From Octopus bimaculoides (lineage: Eukaryota), in the NCBI RefSeq assembly GCF_001194135.2, contig NC_068997.1, positions 21,149,776 through 21,213,775 on the forward strand: a DNA stretch of 64,000 bases, read 5' to 3'. The notes below the pieces were generated by a model that saw nothing but the letters and a program-made list of their open reading frames with translations, was not told the origin of the DNA and ran no database searches. Shown piece by piece: positions 40,310 through 52,192 of the stretch. Both the position numbers and the translations under genes were made by a program. The stretch's first letter is position 1. Every line of letters starts with the position of its first letter.

Positions 40310-40348
40310 GTAGTAATAAAAATAATAATAATAATAATAATAATAATG
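40239..40348. repeat. (AAT)n microsatellite
   Basis: Direct. Confidence 0.97.
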
Positions 40349-40654
40349 TTGGACTTTTCGTCCACGATGTTAGTCGGAGATCGTCTTCCTGATGATCTTG
40401 TGGCTACGATGATCTTGTTGTTGTTCTAGATTAGTAACCAGGTGAGCTCTGTTGAGGCAGATCTACGATGAAAGACCTTCCAGCTGTGACCACCACCTCT
40501 AGCCCTCCATTATCCCCCCCCCACCGTATTAAACATATCCTAACCACTTAAGGACCATAAATTTGTAATTTGGGAGACCCGGTAGAGCGTCCCTCGTTGC
40601 ATGTACTTGTTAGTGTTGTTGTTCTTCTCCTTGTTATTATTGTTGTTACTGTCG

Positions 40655-40689
<35 letters not shown>

Positions 40690-41101
40690 GCTGTTTGTGT
40701 TATTGTTGCTAGTAGTGAAAATCTGCTGAAAGAAATTTAATAAATAACAAATTTATATTAAAAAAAAATAATAAAAACAGAAGAATTCAGAAACTGTTTA
40801 TGCTTATGGTGGATTATATCAGAAAACTTCTAAAAACATGTTCTTTAAATTGTAATTTTTTTTTTTTTTCATGTTTTCCTATTATTTCGGTGGTAGTAGT
40901 AGTGGTGGTGGTGATTGGGGTGTTATTTAATTTAGTTTCATTTTTGTTTGTTTTGTTTTATATTTTGCTTTGTTTTGTGTTGTTTTTTGTTAATTTTTCA
41001 TTCCAGAATCAATTTACAACAGCTAAGAGCTTATCGATACATCTAAACCCTAAATGAAATCCATTTTAAATTTTATAATCATTATCACCAGTTTTAAATG
41101 A

Positions 41102-41152
<51 letters not shown>

Positions 41153-41538
41153 TATAATTATAATAATAATGATGATAATAATGATGATAATAATGATAAC
41201 AACAACGATGACGGTTGTGGTGGTGGTGGTGGTGGTGAAGACAGTGATGATGATGACGATGGTAATGCTGCTGATGACGATGATGATGATGATGGCGTTC
41301 GAGAGTGGTGGTGGTGATGACGACGACGACGACAATGATGATGATGATGATGATGATGATGGAAGGGGTGGTGGCGGTTGTGGTTGTGGTGGTGGTGGTG
41401 GTGGTGATACGCGTTGACTAATAGCGATTAAGCTTTTGTACAAAGAGTTTAAATTACACCAAAGCATTACATGTCTTAGATGTTATCTCCAAGCTTCCTT
41501 TCTACAGTTTGTTGTTGTTGTTGTCGTTGCTTTTGTTG

Positions 41539-41599
<61 letters not shown>

Positions 41600-43143
41600 G
41601 CGATGTTTGTTTGCTTGTTTTTTTAATTTTTTTTTTGTTTAAATTGGATATAATTTTANNNNNNNNNNNNNNNNNNNNNNNNNNNNNNNNNNNNNNNNNN
41701 NNNNNNNNNNNNNNNNNNNNNNNNNNNNNNNNNNNNNNNNNNNNNNNNNNNNNNNNNNNNNNNNNNNNNNNNNNNNNNNNNNNNNNNNNNNNNNNNNNNN
41801 NNNNNNNNNNNNNNNNNNNNNNNNNNNNNNNNNNNNNNNNNNNNNNNNNNNNNNNNNNNNNNNNNNNNNNNNNNNNNNNNNNNNNNNNNNNNNNNNNNNN
41901 NNNNNNNNNNNNNNNNNNNNNNNNNNNNNNNNNNNNNNNNNNNNNNNNNNNNNNNNNNNNNNNNNNNNNNNNNNNNNNNNNNNNNNNNNNNNNNNNNNNN
42001 NNNNNNNNNNNNNNNNNNNNNNNNNNNNNNNNNNNNNNNNNNNNNNNNNNNNNNNNNNNNNNNNNNNNNNNNNNNNNNNNNNNNNNNNNNNNNNNNNNNN
42101 NNNNNNNNNNNNNNNNNNNNNNNNNNNNNNNNNNNNNNNNNNNNNNNNNNNNNNNNNNNNNNNNNNNNNNNNNNNNNNNNNNNNNNNNNNNNNNNNNNNN
42201 NNNNNNNNNNNNNNNNNNNNNNNNNNNNNNNNNNNNNNNNNNNNNNNNNNNNNNNNNNNNATATATACGTATACATATCTATGTATGTGCGTATGTACAG
42301 GGAGAGAGATGGTGGAGAGAGAGTACTATTTAATTAAATGTGAAGCCGTATTTTCCCCTTAAACCAACAGCTTGTAAATGAGATTCCGTTTTATTGATTT
42401 ACATATTTATTTTTTTCCCTCTTTTTATTACGGGTCCCCTTTATCCCTTTATTTCTGTCAGTTTTCATAATTAACCGTTGTATACTTAGCGATGAGTTTA
42501 CCTCACACACTTCTTTCTGGCTATCCATTTAACCACAGATACGTCAACATTTGTTCTTCCAATACATTAACAAAATATTCTTCCTTTAGTAACAGACGCT
42601 ACACTGGATCAAGCTGAGGTATTTCAATCCCTAAACACACAAGCAAACAAGCACGCACACATATATGCATATGCAGACACACAAAGAAATACTTAGACGC
42701 ATACATGTGTACACACACAGACGCTAGCAGACATACATCAATGGATGCTTGCATATGCAAACTATGGCAGTTCCATACACAATAATGACACCAGAACACA
42801 CGCATACACGCACGAGCACAAACACTCATATGTACATACACACACTAGCTCATATACCCCAATGGCTCCTTTTATAGGCAAAGAATAGTAGTTGTATACG
42901 CAGTCATACCACCACGTAACCATACAAACTCAGTCGTACATTCACTGAGACACATACAAACACACACACATAGACATACACACACAGAGTCAACTAACCA
43001 GTGAGGGAGTCACAATGGGCTCACTCAGCTTGCTAGAAACAGAAGCCATGCACATATTTATCACTTCACACCCTATCCTCATTTATAAAAGCGAAGAACA
43101 CATAGCACAATAAAGTCTGTACGCAAGGCAAATGAAAAAATAA

Positions 43144-43358
43144 ATCTTTTCTACTCTAGGCACAAGGCCCGAAATTTTGGGGGAGGGGGCCAGTCGATTA
43201 GATCGACCTCAGTATGCAACTGGTACTTAATTTGTCAACCCCCGAGAGGATGAAAGGCAAAGTTGACCTTGGCGGAATTTGAACTCAGAACGTAAAGACA
43301 GACGAAATACCACTAAGCATTTCGCCCGCCGCGCTAACGTTTCTGCCGCCTCGCCATC
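43144..43358 (-). mobile_element. tRNA-derived SINE, family A (well-preserved reference copy)
   Basis: On the minus strand: head with A-box-like (G)GCAGAAACG and B-box GAGTTCAAATTCC; central block GGTCAACTTTGCCTTTCATCC; GTCGATCTAATCGAC hairpin; tail GGCCTTGTGCCTAGAGTAGAAAAGA. It aligns by eye with more than 15 other copies in the window. Confidence 0.9.
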
Positions 43359-43381
43359 TTACATATACACATACATTATAC

Positions 43382-43473
<92 letters not shown>

Positions 43474-43772
43474 TCATACACACACATGGTGATCGCTCCA
43501 TTCTCACAGTTCGATGCCGTCGCCTTGTGCTTCCTCGCTGTCAGTAGCATCTCTGACATTCCGCCCATGACCTTTCAGAGGACCATTTGGTCAGATTGTA
43601 TAACTGCATGACTTGAAGCATGAGTGATATAGACCAGAGCTGCAACTTACGGCACACTTCCGACTGGCTAGGTCCTCCCATGTCGCCACTCATCCACCAC
43701 CATAGGATGTTCAGGAGATGGAATGATAAATGAGATCACACCAAAAAGAACACCTGTATATCATTGGATTAT

Positions 43773-44010
43773 AGTGATAACCGCTTGCTTCCTAATTACA
43801 TGGTTCCAGGTTCAGTCTCACTGCGTAGCACCTTGGGCAAGTGTCTTCTACTATTGCCTCGAGCAATCGTTGTATGTATGCATTTAGGTGTATAAATGTG
43901 TGTGTATGCATTTGTGATATAATACGTGTGTGTGTATGTGTGTGTGTGTATGGTTGTTCCCTCACCACCACTTGACAACCGGTGCATGTTTGTTTACGTT
44001 CCCATACATT
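43773..44010 (+). mobile_element. SINE family C, internally deleted and truncated
   Basis: GCTTGCTTCCTAATTACATGGTTCCAGGTTCAGTCTCACTGCGTAGCACCTTGGGCAAGTGTCTTCTACTA...CTTGACAACCGGTG. Confidence 0.85.
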
Positions 44011-44227
44011 CGACTCTCTGGATCACTGTGATTTGTGCCTAATGACGAGCCAAAAAAAGACGACTAGTAACGAAATGCTTTTATATCAGTGTTTTTTCTC
44101 TCCTAAAAGGACGCTTTGACAATTGCTTGGGTTCCCTGAATCCCGGTGGTTTTACTGCGCCCCCTGACACCTACCAAGGATATTTCTGCGTCCCCGTGTT
44201 CACATGAGTTGTCATCACATATGTTAG

Positions 44228-44385
44228 TCAACCCATAGCTGATACCCTGACGGGTGCTACAACTCCAGGTTAGAGTGGTCTTGAGAACAAGAGTAGCTAG
44301 GAGGTTCCACATTCGCTGAAAGCCTGGAAATTCCGGAACAGAGCCTCAGTACCAGTTGTCGTTTCAAGTCATACGCAGGACACAC
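44228..44385 (-). mobile_element. Relic SINE body resembling an abundant cuttlefish/squid SINE
   Basis: The reverse complement GTGTCCTGCGTATGAC...GAGGCTC...GAATGTGGA...CCACTCTAACCTGGAGTTGTAGCACCCGTCAGGG...CTATGGGT follows a repeat I recall from Sepia sequence (GTGTCCTGGGTATGAC...GAGGCTCC...CCACTCTGACCCGGAGTGGTAGTACCTGTTAGGG). Recalled, not searched. Confidence 0.6.
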
Positions 44386-44494
44386 ACACACGCACACACA
44401 TATATATATATATATAAACGTGACGTAAAACTATTCTATACATATTGAAGAGCTAATTATGATTAATAATAAAGATAATAATAATAATAATAAT

Positions 44495-44617
44495 AGAAGA
44501 AGAAGAAGAAGAAGAAGAAGAAGAAGAAGAAGAAGAAGAAGAAGAAGAAGAAGAAGAAGAAGAAGAAGANNNNNNNNNNGAAGAAGAAGAAGAAGAAGAA
44601 GAAGAAGAAGAAGAAGA
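44495..44617. repeat. (AAG)n microsatellite spanning a 10-bp gap
   Basis: Direct. Confidence 0.96.
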
Positions 44618-44779
44618 AAAGAAAAAGAAGAAGAAGAAGTATTGTCTGTTGCTTACTCCGAGTTCTATAATCATATAAAGCGAGGTGTATACAATATATC
44701 AAGTAAAGATTTAAAACAAAATATCGAATTATAAATAGTATATATAAAGAAATGAAAGGGTAATATAGAAAGTGAAAGA

Positions 44780-44823
<44 letters not shown>

Positions 44824-45030
44824 CACATAGAGAAACAGAGAGACAGACAGAGACAGAGAGAAAGACAGAGACAGAGGGAGTAAGATTAAGTTTGCCGAGG
44901 ATAAAGAAACAGGGTTGGAAAAAATGGAATATACGATTAAACATATACACACATACACACACACATCTATATATACATACATACATAAGTACATATATTC
45001 ATGCATACATATAGAAATATACGTTTATAC

Positions 45031-45084
<54 letters not shown>

Positions 45085-45364
45085 ACGTATTCATGTATTC
45101 ATACATTATACAGAGCTACCAGAGAGAAATAAGGAGACAACGGGGTAAATGTAAAAACANNNNNNNNNNNNNNNNNNNNNNNNNNNNNNNNNNNNNNNNN
45201 NNNNNNNNNNNNNNNNNNNNNNNNNNNNNNNNNNNNNNNNNNNNNNNNNNNNNNNNNNNNNNNNNNNNNNNNNNNNNNNNNNNNNNNNNNNNNNNNNNNN
45301 NNNNNNNNNNNNNNNNNNNNNNNNNNNNNNNNNNNNNNNNNNNNNNNNNNNNNNNNNNNNNNNN

Positions 45365-45420
<56 letters not shown>

Positions 45421-45432
<12 letters not shown>

Positions 45433-45480
45433 CACACAGAGAGAGACATATACACACAGAGAGAGACATATACACACAGA
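45421..45480. repeat. Perfect 20-bp minisatellite GAGAGACATATACACACAGA x3
   Basis: Direct. Confidence 0.95.
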
Positions 45481-45559
45481 GACAGACAGACGAAGGAGTG
45501 ACAGAGAGAGGAAGAAAGAGGCAGAAATATAGTGCGAGAAAGAAAAGAAACATATTTGT

Positions 45560-45610
<51 letters not shown>

Positions 45611-46381
45611 AAAGAAAAGAAGAAAGAAAGAAAAAACGTAAAGAAAAGAAAAGAAAGCAGGAATAGAAAATAATAGAAAGAGTTATGAGAATTATGATAT
45701 CGATGGAAAATGGTAGTGTTTAAAGTGACACAAGAAAATACAAAAAAAAAAAAATACACAGAATAAATATAAAAAACAAAAAAATAGCAACGACAAAAAA
45801 AAATAATCATTATCCATTGCATACAGATAGAAAGTCACATACACTCATACGATAATAGATATTTATACACATTAAAAGGCGATTCAATACAAACACATAT
45901 TGCACACAAGCAGTTCCTCACACAAATGATTAGACATACAAAAGACCATTCATAGTTATATATTAAACATATATTCACACAATCGTTTTCTCACATAAAA
46001 AGTATATACGCATTATTCACACTCGTATACTACCGGCTATTCACACAAGTGGCGTTTCACACGTATTTTTTACACATACACGTAATTATATATGCATACG
46101 TACATACAGACAAACGCGCGAATACATACATACGTATAGATACATACACGTATGCATACAAAGCGATTACTTATACAAACATTTAATACAAAGAGTCACT
46201 CCAGTTTGAAAGAAATATATTTCTTATCAACAGAGCAATCGTTGTACGTATGTGTGTGTACATATATGTACGTATATGAATCTATGTACGCTGGCGTGTG
46301 TATATATGTGTGTATGCGTGCGTGGTATAATTTATATATAATGCATATATAATTTATATGCAATATATTCACACACACAAG

Positions 46382-46422
<41 letters not shown>

Positions 46423-46599
46423 ACACACACACATACACTCGTATATGAATTGTTTTTTGTTCGACAGAAAGTTACAAGTGACTCAAGTGCCCAGAGTATC
46501 GTGGAGTCGGTTTTGATAAACGCTATGCGCCAAACACTCGACCATCCAATACGCTTTGTAACTTTGTGCCAATTAAAATTAATAAAAATGCAAACATAA

Positions 46600-46885
46600 C
46601 GCAGGCGTGGCTGTGTGATAAGAAGCTTGCTTCCTAATTACATGGTTCCAAGTTCAGTCCCACTACGTGGCACCTTGGGCAAGTGTCTTCTACTATAACT
46701 CCGTATATTGGTGTGTAAATGTGTATGTATGCGGGTGTGTGTGCCTCTTTAGTTTGTGTTTGCCCCACCACCACCACCACCACTTGACATCCGATGCTTG
46801 TTTGTTAGCATTCCTATAGCTTAGCGATTCGACATAAGAGAACGATAGAATATGTATCATCAGCCTTTACAAAAAGAAGTAGCCC
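46600..46885 (+). mobile_element. SINE family C, internally deleted
   Basis: AGGCGTGGCTGTGTGATAAGAAGCTTGCTTCC...GGCACCTTGGGCAAGTGTCTTCTACTAT...CTTGACATCCGATG...CTTAGCGATTCG. Confidence 0.85.
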
Positions 46886-47917
46886 TGTCTGTCTCCCTTC
46901 AGTTGCCACATCTTTAATGTTTCTTTTGGGTCAAGGGTACTGAGATTGAGAATGTGTCTATGTCTGCTCGCAACTACATAAGCACCCAAAAATGATTATT
47001 AATACATAATTACGATTAGTAAATGTCATCAAGCCGTACTCGCTCGCGAGTGACGGCTGATTGTATTTCTACTTTTATACATACTCATACAGGTGAAGTG
47101 AGCATAATTAGATACTGCTCCCTTTTTAACAAAGTACGAACGCCCTAATGTAGGGATGAATTGGAAACAGGGTTGTGTGATGTTCGTGCATTAACCAGAA
47201 GCATTAGTATGTATGTGTGTGTGTAGGCGGGCTCGCTTATGTGGCGGTCTGAAATTTGCAGCTCTGTAATTTCAATATTCTCGGACAATTGCAAACACGA
47301 AGCAGTCGGGGTACTTTTTCCATCCAAGAGCATAATAAACATACATACTTTAAAACACAGCTGACATAATATATATTATGTTATCTTTCATAACAATTTC
47401 CGTTTAATCGCCGTCTGTCAAATTCCTGGAGACGAATACCATTTTGTCTTGTTAGAACTAAAATTGATGGCCATGAAAGAGACTCCAATTTTGTCATAAC
47501 TCGTTTATATAACTAAAATTGATGGGTATGTAGGGATCTCCCCGTCTTCACCGTAATCTTGTAGTAACCCGTTTGTATTAAACTGAAAGACAACGTTTAT
47601 CATACTGTAAATGTTAGTGACCTTCAATTCTGAAAAGTTTAAGGGACGAGAAAAAGCGGGTCAAATGCTATTACATTATAAATAAAAGACTGTAAAATGT
47701 CGTGTAAATATCCACGTGTCTATTGAAGCGGCGCAAATTGAGATAACGTTTAGACCATTAAGCGAGTTTGCTCCTTTAAAGGCTTTAACCGTTACGTTAA
47801 GATGGTACTGGGGAAACAAACACGGAGCCAAGTTTGACTAACCTCTTCTTACATTTTTATTTACCACTGTGTTGGGTCTTTGAGAAGATTCCAGTGATTT
47901 CGCGTGTGTGTGTGTGT

Positions 47918-47983
47918 GGAAGGAAGGAACGAAGGAATGAACGAACGAACGAACGAACGAACGAACGAACGAACGAACGAAGG
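47918..47983. repeat. (GGAA)n grading into (ACGA)10
   Basis: Direct; 47941-47980 is perfect (ACGA)10. Confidence 0.96.
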
Positions 47984-48419
47984 TTGCCTATATTTCAAAT
48001 AGAATTTTGAATTCAATTAAAACATCGGTTTGTCTCAAATGACTGGTACCTGAGTGAAGGTGATTGACCAAACTCAAAAATAAACAGTCTGAAAAATTAC
48101 AGATATTGATCTCTTCCGCGGGTGTATTAGTTCCCTATTTGCGAAGATGAAGGATAATATCGATTTGCTTGACTTTAGTATATTACTTCTATTTGCGTAA
48201 CTAATATGGAGGAAACGCAAGGCACTCACTGTCCGTTTGTCTGTCCGTCTCTTTCTCTCTTTTTTTCTCTCTCTCTCGCTTTCTTTCACTCCCCTCTCTC
48301 TCTTTTTCTGACCCTGTAAAATTAAAATGCATTAATAGGAATATTGTAATGTAATTTATATTCAGCGTTACGGTTCTTGGTCAACTCAAGATTTTATAAA
48401 TATCAAGGATCTTTTTGCC

Positions 48420-48830
48420 AAGCAGGCATGGCTGTGAGGTTAAGAAGCTCGCTTTGTAACCACGTGGTTTTGGGTTCAATCCCACTGCTCGGTACCTTAC
48501 GTAAGTGTCTTCTACTTCAGTCTCGGGCTGAACAATGCTTTTCAAGTAAATTCGATAGACGGAATCTGCGTAGAAGCCCGTGTACGTATATCTATCTATC
48601 TGTTTACCCTCCCCCCACTGTCTATGTGCCTGTTTATCTATCTATTTATCTATCTATATTATGTATCTTTGTGTTTGCCTCTCACAACTGCTAGACAGCC
48701 AGTGTTAGTTCTTCGGCAAAAAAGAACGATAGAATAAATACCACGCTTAAAGAAAATAAAGTACTGAGGTCGGTAAGCACTGCTCCCACAAGGCCGTAAT
48801 CTAATGACTAATACAAGACAACAGATAAAA
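48420..48830 (+). mobile_element. SINE family C, diverged full length
   Basis: AGGCATGGCTGTGAGGTTAAGAAGCTCGC...GGGTTCAATCCCACTGC...AAGTGTCTTCTAC...GACGGAATCTGCGTAGAAGCCCG...TCGGCAAAAAGAACGATAGAATAA. Confidence 0.85.
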
Positions 48831-49014
48831 ATATGTATCATTTTTCTGTGATATTCTTAAGTTATTTATATTCTAAATACATATTTGTTTTATTAAGATA
48901 TCCTAAATATATTTTGCGATATTGTAATAAAGGTTATTTATTTGCAACTCCTTTAGGCTCTGTCATCTGCGAGCATAATCATGCAGCATCAAGTCCGTTT
49001 AAATCTAGTCATCA

Positions 49015-49260
49015 ATGAGCGAGTGAGCCAGCCACATCATCTCATTCGGCTTGCTGAAAATAGTAGCTAAATCTCCGAAACATCAAAGCTTGCCATCTTA
49101 AGAAAATAGAGAAACAGAAGCTACTTTGAAATTATTATTATGCACTTTTAGATGTGCTATGTTTGACATATAAGACGGAGTAGCCACGACTGCAACGCAT
49201 TTGGTTACTATAGATCTGATGCTAGGCAAAAACAATACTAACAACATCAATAACAACTGA
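49015..49260 (+). mobile_element. Family B repeat
   Basis: CTTGCTGAAAATAGTAGCTAAATCTCC...CCATCTTAAGAAAA...GCCACGACTGCAACGCATTTGGTTACTATAGATCTG. Confidence 0.65.
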
Positions 49261-49319
49261 TTTGGGTGGAATGGAAAGAGTTTGAAAATATGAACTCGAT
49301 TTCAATAAAGATTCTTGTT

Positions 49320-49741
49320 CAGGCGTAGGAGTGGCTGTGTGGTAAGTAGCTTGCTTACCAACCACATGGTTCCGGGTTCAGTCCCACTGCGTGGCACCTT
49401 GGGCAAGTGTCTTCTACTATAGCCTCGGGCCGACCAAAGCCTTGTGAGTGGATTTGGTAGACGGAAACTGAAAGAAGCCCGTCGTATATATGTATATATA
49501 TATGTGTGTGTATGTGCGTGTTTGTGTGTCTGTGTTTCTCCCCCCAACATCGCTTGACAACCGATGGTGGTGTGTTTACGTCCCCGTAACTTAGCGGTTC
49601 GGCAAAAGATACCGATAGAATAAGTACTAGGCTTCTTCCAAAGAATAAGTCCTGGGGTCGATTTGCTCGACTAAAGGCGGTGCTCCAGCATGGCCGCAGT
49701 CAAATGACTGAAACAAGTAAAAGAGTAAAAGAGTAAAAGAG
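49320..49741 (+). mobile_element. tRNA-derived SINE, family C (full-length, young-looking reference copy)
   Basis: A-box TGGCTGTGTGG, B-box GGGTTCAGTCCC, CCTTGGGCAAGTGTCTT block, internal (TA)/(TG) microsatellite, GTCGATTTGCTCGAC hairpin, CAGTCAAATGACTG hairpin and terminal (GTAAAAGA)x3. Confidence 0.92.
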
Positions 49742-50904
49742 GCTTTATTAAAATGCAAAATAATACCACCAAGTCTTGAGGGCATGAGATCGGGTATTCT
49801 CTGGAGCTTCATGATGTCTGTATTTTCAGGTAGGAGGGAAAAGGGGCAGACTACGCGTAATAATGATCAACTATTAACTGAGCTCATTCTTCATAGAAGA
49901 AAAGATGTTGAACTCTCATATTGTTCCATCTATCTGTGGTCACCAAGATTATATTAGGAATGTATGAATATTGATTCGGTCTATTAAATTATAACTCAGC
50001 TAAAAAGAAATTATTGTATTAAAAAAAATGACTAATTGATTAATAGAATAATTAATGTAATGAACGACTTTAATTAATTTCATATAATAATAAAAAAAAT
50101 TCATGTCATACAATATTTGTTTACAAAAGGCAAATACGTTTTGACTTTAGAATGATGTCACTTACTGAGAAAAAAAAATGGCACTTCAAACTGTTATTCA
50201 CTTAATTTTTCCTGAAGTATTATTAGGAAAAGAAAAGCTACAACTTGAAATAAGCTTTATATAACTTAGCAGAAAATAATTCATAATTATATATCACTGA
50301 GGTTACGTGCTAAACTGTTAACATCATTTTAAAAGTACGTGCGTGAGCATATTGATTATAATCTATTATACATATTACGGAGTAAAATAGCAATTTATGT
50401 ACCACACTTAATGTATATACACACCGTTTATATGCAAGTTACTGTAGCTTTCGCCCGAGATAAAATCTTTTATGAATGTGCTGTATTTATCACAATATAT
50501 ATCAGAGACGAAAAGTAGTCCAGGCAGCCACACAAGAATATAAAGTAATATATCCTAGAATATTGTAGTTGGAAGATTAAATATAAATAAAAATAAGAAC
50601 AAAGATATGGAATTATTACTTGAAAATATTTAATGATCCTGATATTTCGAGTAAAATACCCTTTTACAAGGGCGTGGAAAGCAAGAGTGAGAGAAAAAGT
50701 ATTTATGTAGTTGTTGTATCGTGCTTATATTTTATTTTTGTTTCGTTAAAATCAGAAAAGCTATCTAGGACACTTGTACGTTGGTTGTTAGGCAATATCT
50801 CAGTAGATATATGTCCAATACGACAATGCATTATTAATAAACTCGCGTAACGAAGTGCATTATTGCTGACAAAGTTTAATTGGCCATACAAATATAACAA
50901 TAAC

Positions 50905-51110
50905 CCCTTCTACTATAGGCACAAAGCCTAAAATTTTGCAGGTGGGTGCTAGTCGATTACATCGGCCCCCAATGCTCAGACAGTACTTATTGTATCCCCA
51001 AATGGACGAAAGCACAAGCGATCTCGGCGAAATTTGAACTACATGAAGACGGATGAAATGCCGCTAAGCATTTCGTCTGATATACTATCGATTCTGCCAG
51101 CTCGTAGCGG
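50905..51110 (-). mobile_element. SINE family A
   Basis: CTTCTACTATAGGCACAAAGCCTAAAATTTTG...AGTCGATTACATCGGCCCC...AAATTTGAACT...CGATTCTGCCAGCTCG. Confidence 0.85.
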
Positions 51111-51121
51111 TACATGTAGTA

Positions 51122-51385
51122 GTATAATAATAATAAATGCGCCCTTTCAAAGCCTAGCCAGGCTCATGGGCCCGGTTTCCCGGTTTCTGTGGCGTATGTG
51201 TTCCCCAGCTGGACGGGACGCTAGTCCATCGCAGCGCTACTCATTTTTGCCAGTTGAGTGGACTGGAGCAACGTGAAATGAAGTGTTTTGCTCAAGAACA
51301 CAATGCGTCGCCCGGTCTAGGAATCGAAACCACAATCTTACGATCATGATGCCGACACCCTAACCACTAAGCCACGCGCCTCCAC
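51122..51385 (-). mobile_element. Full-length tRNA-derived CORE-type SINE with a 10-bp target-site duplication
   Basis: On the minus strand: A-box TGGCTTAGTGG, B-box GGTTTCGATTCC, CORE-like TGTGTTCTTGAGCAAAACACTT...CTCCAGTCCACTCAACTG...AAATGAGTA, 3' CTGCGATGGACTAGCGTCCCGTCCAG and an (ATT)n tail. ACATGTAGTA flanks both sides (51112-51121 and 51386-51395). Confidence 0.9.
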
Positions 51386-51677
51386 ACATGTAGTATATAT
51401 ATAAGTGCAATCATATATAATTGTAATTCAATCGATTTACAGTGTAATACTGATACTTTATTAGCCGCCTTTTACAAATCCCAAGCCGTAGACAAAGGTA
51501 AGGAAACGATATGAAGTTATTAGTTTCACGCCGTAAGGAAGAAATATAAGAATGAGCTCGATGTTTTGTACTGTAGTATGTTCTTCCTTGTAGCGTAGCA
51601 CTAATAACTACATACTGTGTATTCTTCTTGGGTATTCTTTAAACGCATTTTTCTTCCAAGTCAACTGGGTTGTTCAG

Positions 51678-51910
51678 AAAGCATCTACACAGTGTTTCGC
51701 TTTTCTAGAAATGGCGAACAATTTCTTTTCAAACCACGCTTAATCATCTTAAAAATTGGCAGCCATATTGAACAATACAGACCTGAGTTATATTGCATGA
51801 AAATAAGAGGGAATATTCGTAGCTGAAACGCTTTGATCATAGGACTATATTTAATATGATTTGACCTGGTGATAAGCAATAACAAAAACAATGGCAAAAG
51901 ACAACAGCAA
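51678..51910 (+). mobile_element. Family B repeat
   Basis: TTCTAGAAATGGCG...CAAACCACGCTTAATCATCTTAAAAA...GCTGAAACGCTTTGATCATAGG...TGACCTGG...AACAA. Confidence 0.62.
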
Positions 51911-52095
51911 AAATTACAATAGCCAAACAAAAAACAAAAAAAAAGCAAACAAAAAAAAAACGTATACCTTATCCCGAGGAATCAGTGATCCAAGATTGAA
52001 TTTAAAGTAGAGTACACGACTAATGTCTGCAATCTTGAAACTTGTTTCAGTATTGGATTATTTCTCCATCTCTGTGTTGGCTTCCATAATAAAAT

Positions 52096-52120
52096 AATGA
52101 TGATGATGATGATGATGATG

Positions 52121-52191
<71 letters not shown>
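52096..52191. repeat. (GAT)n-(AAT)n compound microsatellite
   Basis: Direct. Confidence 0.97.

Positions 52192-52192
<1 letters not shown>

Noticed and set aside
43490-43720. GC-richer island with a TWEDLAS-like peptide on the minus strand (RTE-like)
   Set aside because: The similarity is limited to about 7 residues with stops nearby, which is not enough to call.
47456-47525. 15-bp direct repeat AACTAAAATTGATGG x2, 55 bp apart
   Set aside because: Only two copies. Not a CRISPR-like array, and most simply a small local duplication.
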